DNA from: a bacterium
Lineage (GTDB): Bacteria > Arandabacterota > Arandabacteria > Arandabacterales > JALGWA01
DNA length: 15,063 bases
Direction of reading: 5' to 3'
Assembly: GCA_050125095.1 (NCBI GenBank)
Contig: JASFEA010000077.1
Location: 1-15,063 of the forward strand
Below are positions 13,679 through 15,063 of this stretch, in pieces. The translations under genes and the position numbers were made by a program. How positions within the stretch are numbered: position 1 is the stretch's first letter; every line of letters begins with the position of its first letter. The notes under the pieces were generated by a model. The model was not told the DNA's origin. It saw nothing but the letters and a program-made list of their open reading frames with translations, and made no database searches.

Positions 13679-14614
13679 ATGGCGAAATTCCTCATTACCG
13701 GCGGAGCCGGTTTCATAGGTTCAAACATCGCGAGACGAGTGGTGAGCGAGGGAGGGGATGTCGTGATCCTCGACGATTTCTCCACGGGCTACGAGGCCAA
13801 TCTCACGGATATCAAGGGCGACGCCACCGTGATCAAGGGCGACATCTGCGATACGGACACGGTGAAGAAGGCCATGCAGGGCGTCGACTATGTACACCAT
13901 CACGCGGCCGTCGTCTCGGTGGTGCGCTCGGTGGATGACCCGCTGAGAACCGATGCCGTCAATATAGGCGGCACTCTCAATCTCCTGGTTGCCGCCCGCG
14001 ACGCCGGCGTCAAGCGCTTCGTCTTCGCCGGATCGTCCTCGGCCTACGGGGACAACCCGACGCTTCCCAAGCAGGAGGACATGAAGGCCGAGCCGCTCTC
14101 GCCCTATGCCGTATCCAAGCTCGCGGCCGAGATGTACGTCAAGGTCTTCAACGACGTCTACGGGCTGCCCGCAGTGACCTTAAGGTACTTCAACATATTC
14201 GGCCCCTACCAGGATCCCACGAGCCAGTACGCGGCGGTGATCCCCATCTTCATAAACAAGCTCGCGCGCGGCGAGTCGCCCGTCGTCTACGGCGACGGCG
14301 AGCAGTCGCGCGACTTCACCTATATCGACAACGCGGTCCAGGCCAACCTGCTGGCCGCCACGGCCGAGCGCGCGCCGGGCACGGTGATCAACGTGGCCTG
14401 CGGCGAGCGGTTCACCTTGAACGAGCTTCTGACGCGGCTTCACGGACTCGTGGGCAAAGACGTCCCGGCGACCTATGAGGCCGCGCGGCCGGGCGATGTC
14501 AAGCACTCGCTGGGCGATATAACCCGGGCCAGAGAGGTGCTCGGCTACGAGCCGCTCGTCACCTTCGAGGACGGGCTCAAAGCCACCGTGGCCTGGTTTC
14601 TCCCCAAGGCCTAG
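13679..14614 (+). CDS. wbpP: NAD-dependent nucleotide-sugar C4 epimerase (WbpP/TviC-like extended SDR)
   Basis: TGGAGFIGS, YxxxK (PLSPYAVSK), RYFNIFGPYQDP...YAAVIP, GDGEQSRDFTY and RPGDVKHS motifs. Exact substrate is inferred. Confidence 0.85.
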   Translation: MAKFLITGGAGFIGSNIARRVVSEGGDVVILDDFSTGYEANLTDIKGDATVIKGDICDTDTVKKAMQGVDYVHHHAAVVSVVRSVDDPLRTDAVNIGGTLNLLVAARDAGVKRFVFAGSSSAYGDNPTLPKQEDMKAEPLSPYAVSKLAAEMYVKVFNDVYGLPAVTLRYFNIFGPYQDPTSQYAAVIPIFINKLARGESPVVYGDGEQSRDFTYIDNAVQANLLAATAERAPGTVINVACGERFTLNELLTRLHGLVGKDVPATYEAARPGDVKHSLGDITRAREVLGYEPLVTFEDGLKATVAWFLPKA

Positions 14615-14660
14615 GGCCTCCCGCGGCCCCGGGTCCCTCCGTGCCCCTTAGAGCGCTCGG

Positions 14661-14720
14661 TGCGTCCCGGAGGCCCTCAATGCGCCCTGGATCCTCTCAA
14701 TGCGCCTCAAGGCCCCCGGG
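14661..14720. repeat. Degenerate 20-bp tandem repeat
   Basis: TGCGTCCCGGAGGCCCTCAA / TGCGCCCTGGATCCTCTCAA / TGCGCCTCAAGGCCCCCGGG. CTCAATGCGCC occurs exactly twice, 20 bp apart. Confidence 0.6.
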
Positions 14721-14735
14721 GCAGGCCCACCTCAT

Positions 14736-14764
14736 CTAAAGCAAGTCCCTCCGAATGCCGAATC
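14736..14764 (+). promoter_or_regulatory. Putative sigma28 (FliA/SigD)-type promoter
   Basis: CTAAAG...GCCGAATC, i.e. TAAA (14737-14740)-N16-GCCGA (14757-14761), versus consensus TAAA-N15/16-GCCGATAA. About 50 bp upstream of the ATG at 14815. Confidence 0.45.
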
Positions 14765-14814
14765 ATATTCAGGGTAGCAGTACATCAGAATCCGTTCTTG
14801 CCGGAAGGAAGACT

Positions 14815-15063
14815 ATGCTTTCTCTGCCGGATTTGAAGTCGCTTGTAAGGTCTATAAACTCGCGCGAAGACGAATGCAGGCGGCGCGAGGGCAACGCCGC
14901 CGCCGCGCCCAAGGACATGTCGCGCCTCGCGGGACTTGAGGCCTTCATGGTCGAAGTGGCCGTGGGCGCGCATCTCGACCTCGTGGCGCTGTTGGAGACC
15001 GACGCGCGCGGCAAGTCCGCCGGCATCGTCGCCGCAAGCCGTTCGGGCCTGACCAGTCTGCTC
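14815..15063 (+). CDS. 5' part of a hypothetical protein truncated by the window edge
   Basis: SD-like GGAAGGAA (14803-14810), ATG 14815 and an open frame to the end of the window: MLSLPDLKSLVRSINSREDECRRREG...GIVAASRSGLTSLL. No family recognised. Confidence 0.65.
   Translation, partial: MLSLPDLKSLVRSINSREDECRRREGNAAAAPKDMSRLAGLEAFMVEVAVGAHLDLVALLETDARGKSAGIVAASRSGLTSLL

Noticed and set aside
14614..14640. GC hairpin (GGGCC...GGCCC) after the epimerase stop as an intrinsic terminator
   Set aside because: Short stem and no U-tract.

Overview
A gene-dense, GC-rich bacterial chromosomal segment with every credible gene on the + strand. In order: a secreted PDZ-containing alpha/beta-hydrolase coupled to a signal-peptide-bearing nickel superoxide dismutase (sodN); HPP-family and TauE/SafE membrane proteins; a trehalose/maltose-type ABC importer (binding lipoprotein and two permeases, no ATPase); an LpxL/PatA-like acyltransferase; a GT2 glycosyltransferase; surE; a COG2426 membrane protein; tRNA-Pro(CGG); a TIGR00725/LOG-family protein; acyP; apt; tRNA-Arg(CCT); a small membrane protein; a GAF-like/GGDEF diguanylate cyclase; WbpA-like dehydrogenase and WbpP-like epimerase genes; and a truncated ORF at the right edge. 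Most of this is housekeeping-like. The least explained signals are non-coding: a 26-bp GGGGTCAG-tagged repeat present as a tandem pair after tRNA-Pro and as a perfect inverted copy before apt, a TTAGGT-N3-ACCTAA palindrome upstream of the hydrolase-sodN pair, and a degenerate 20-bp tandem array followed by a sigma28-like promoter. No transposase, integrase or CRISPR array is visible. Family assignments come from motif recognition only; no database search was run.
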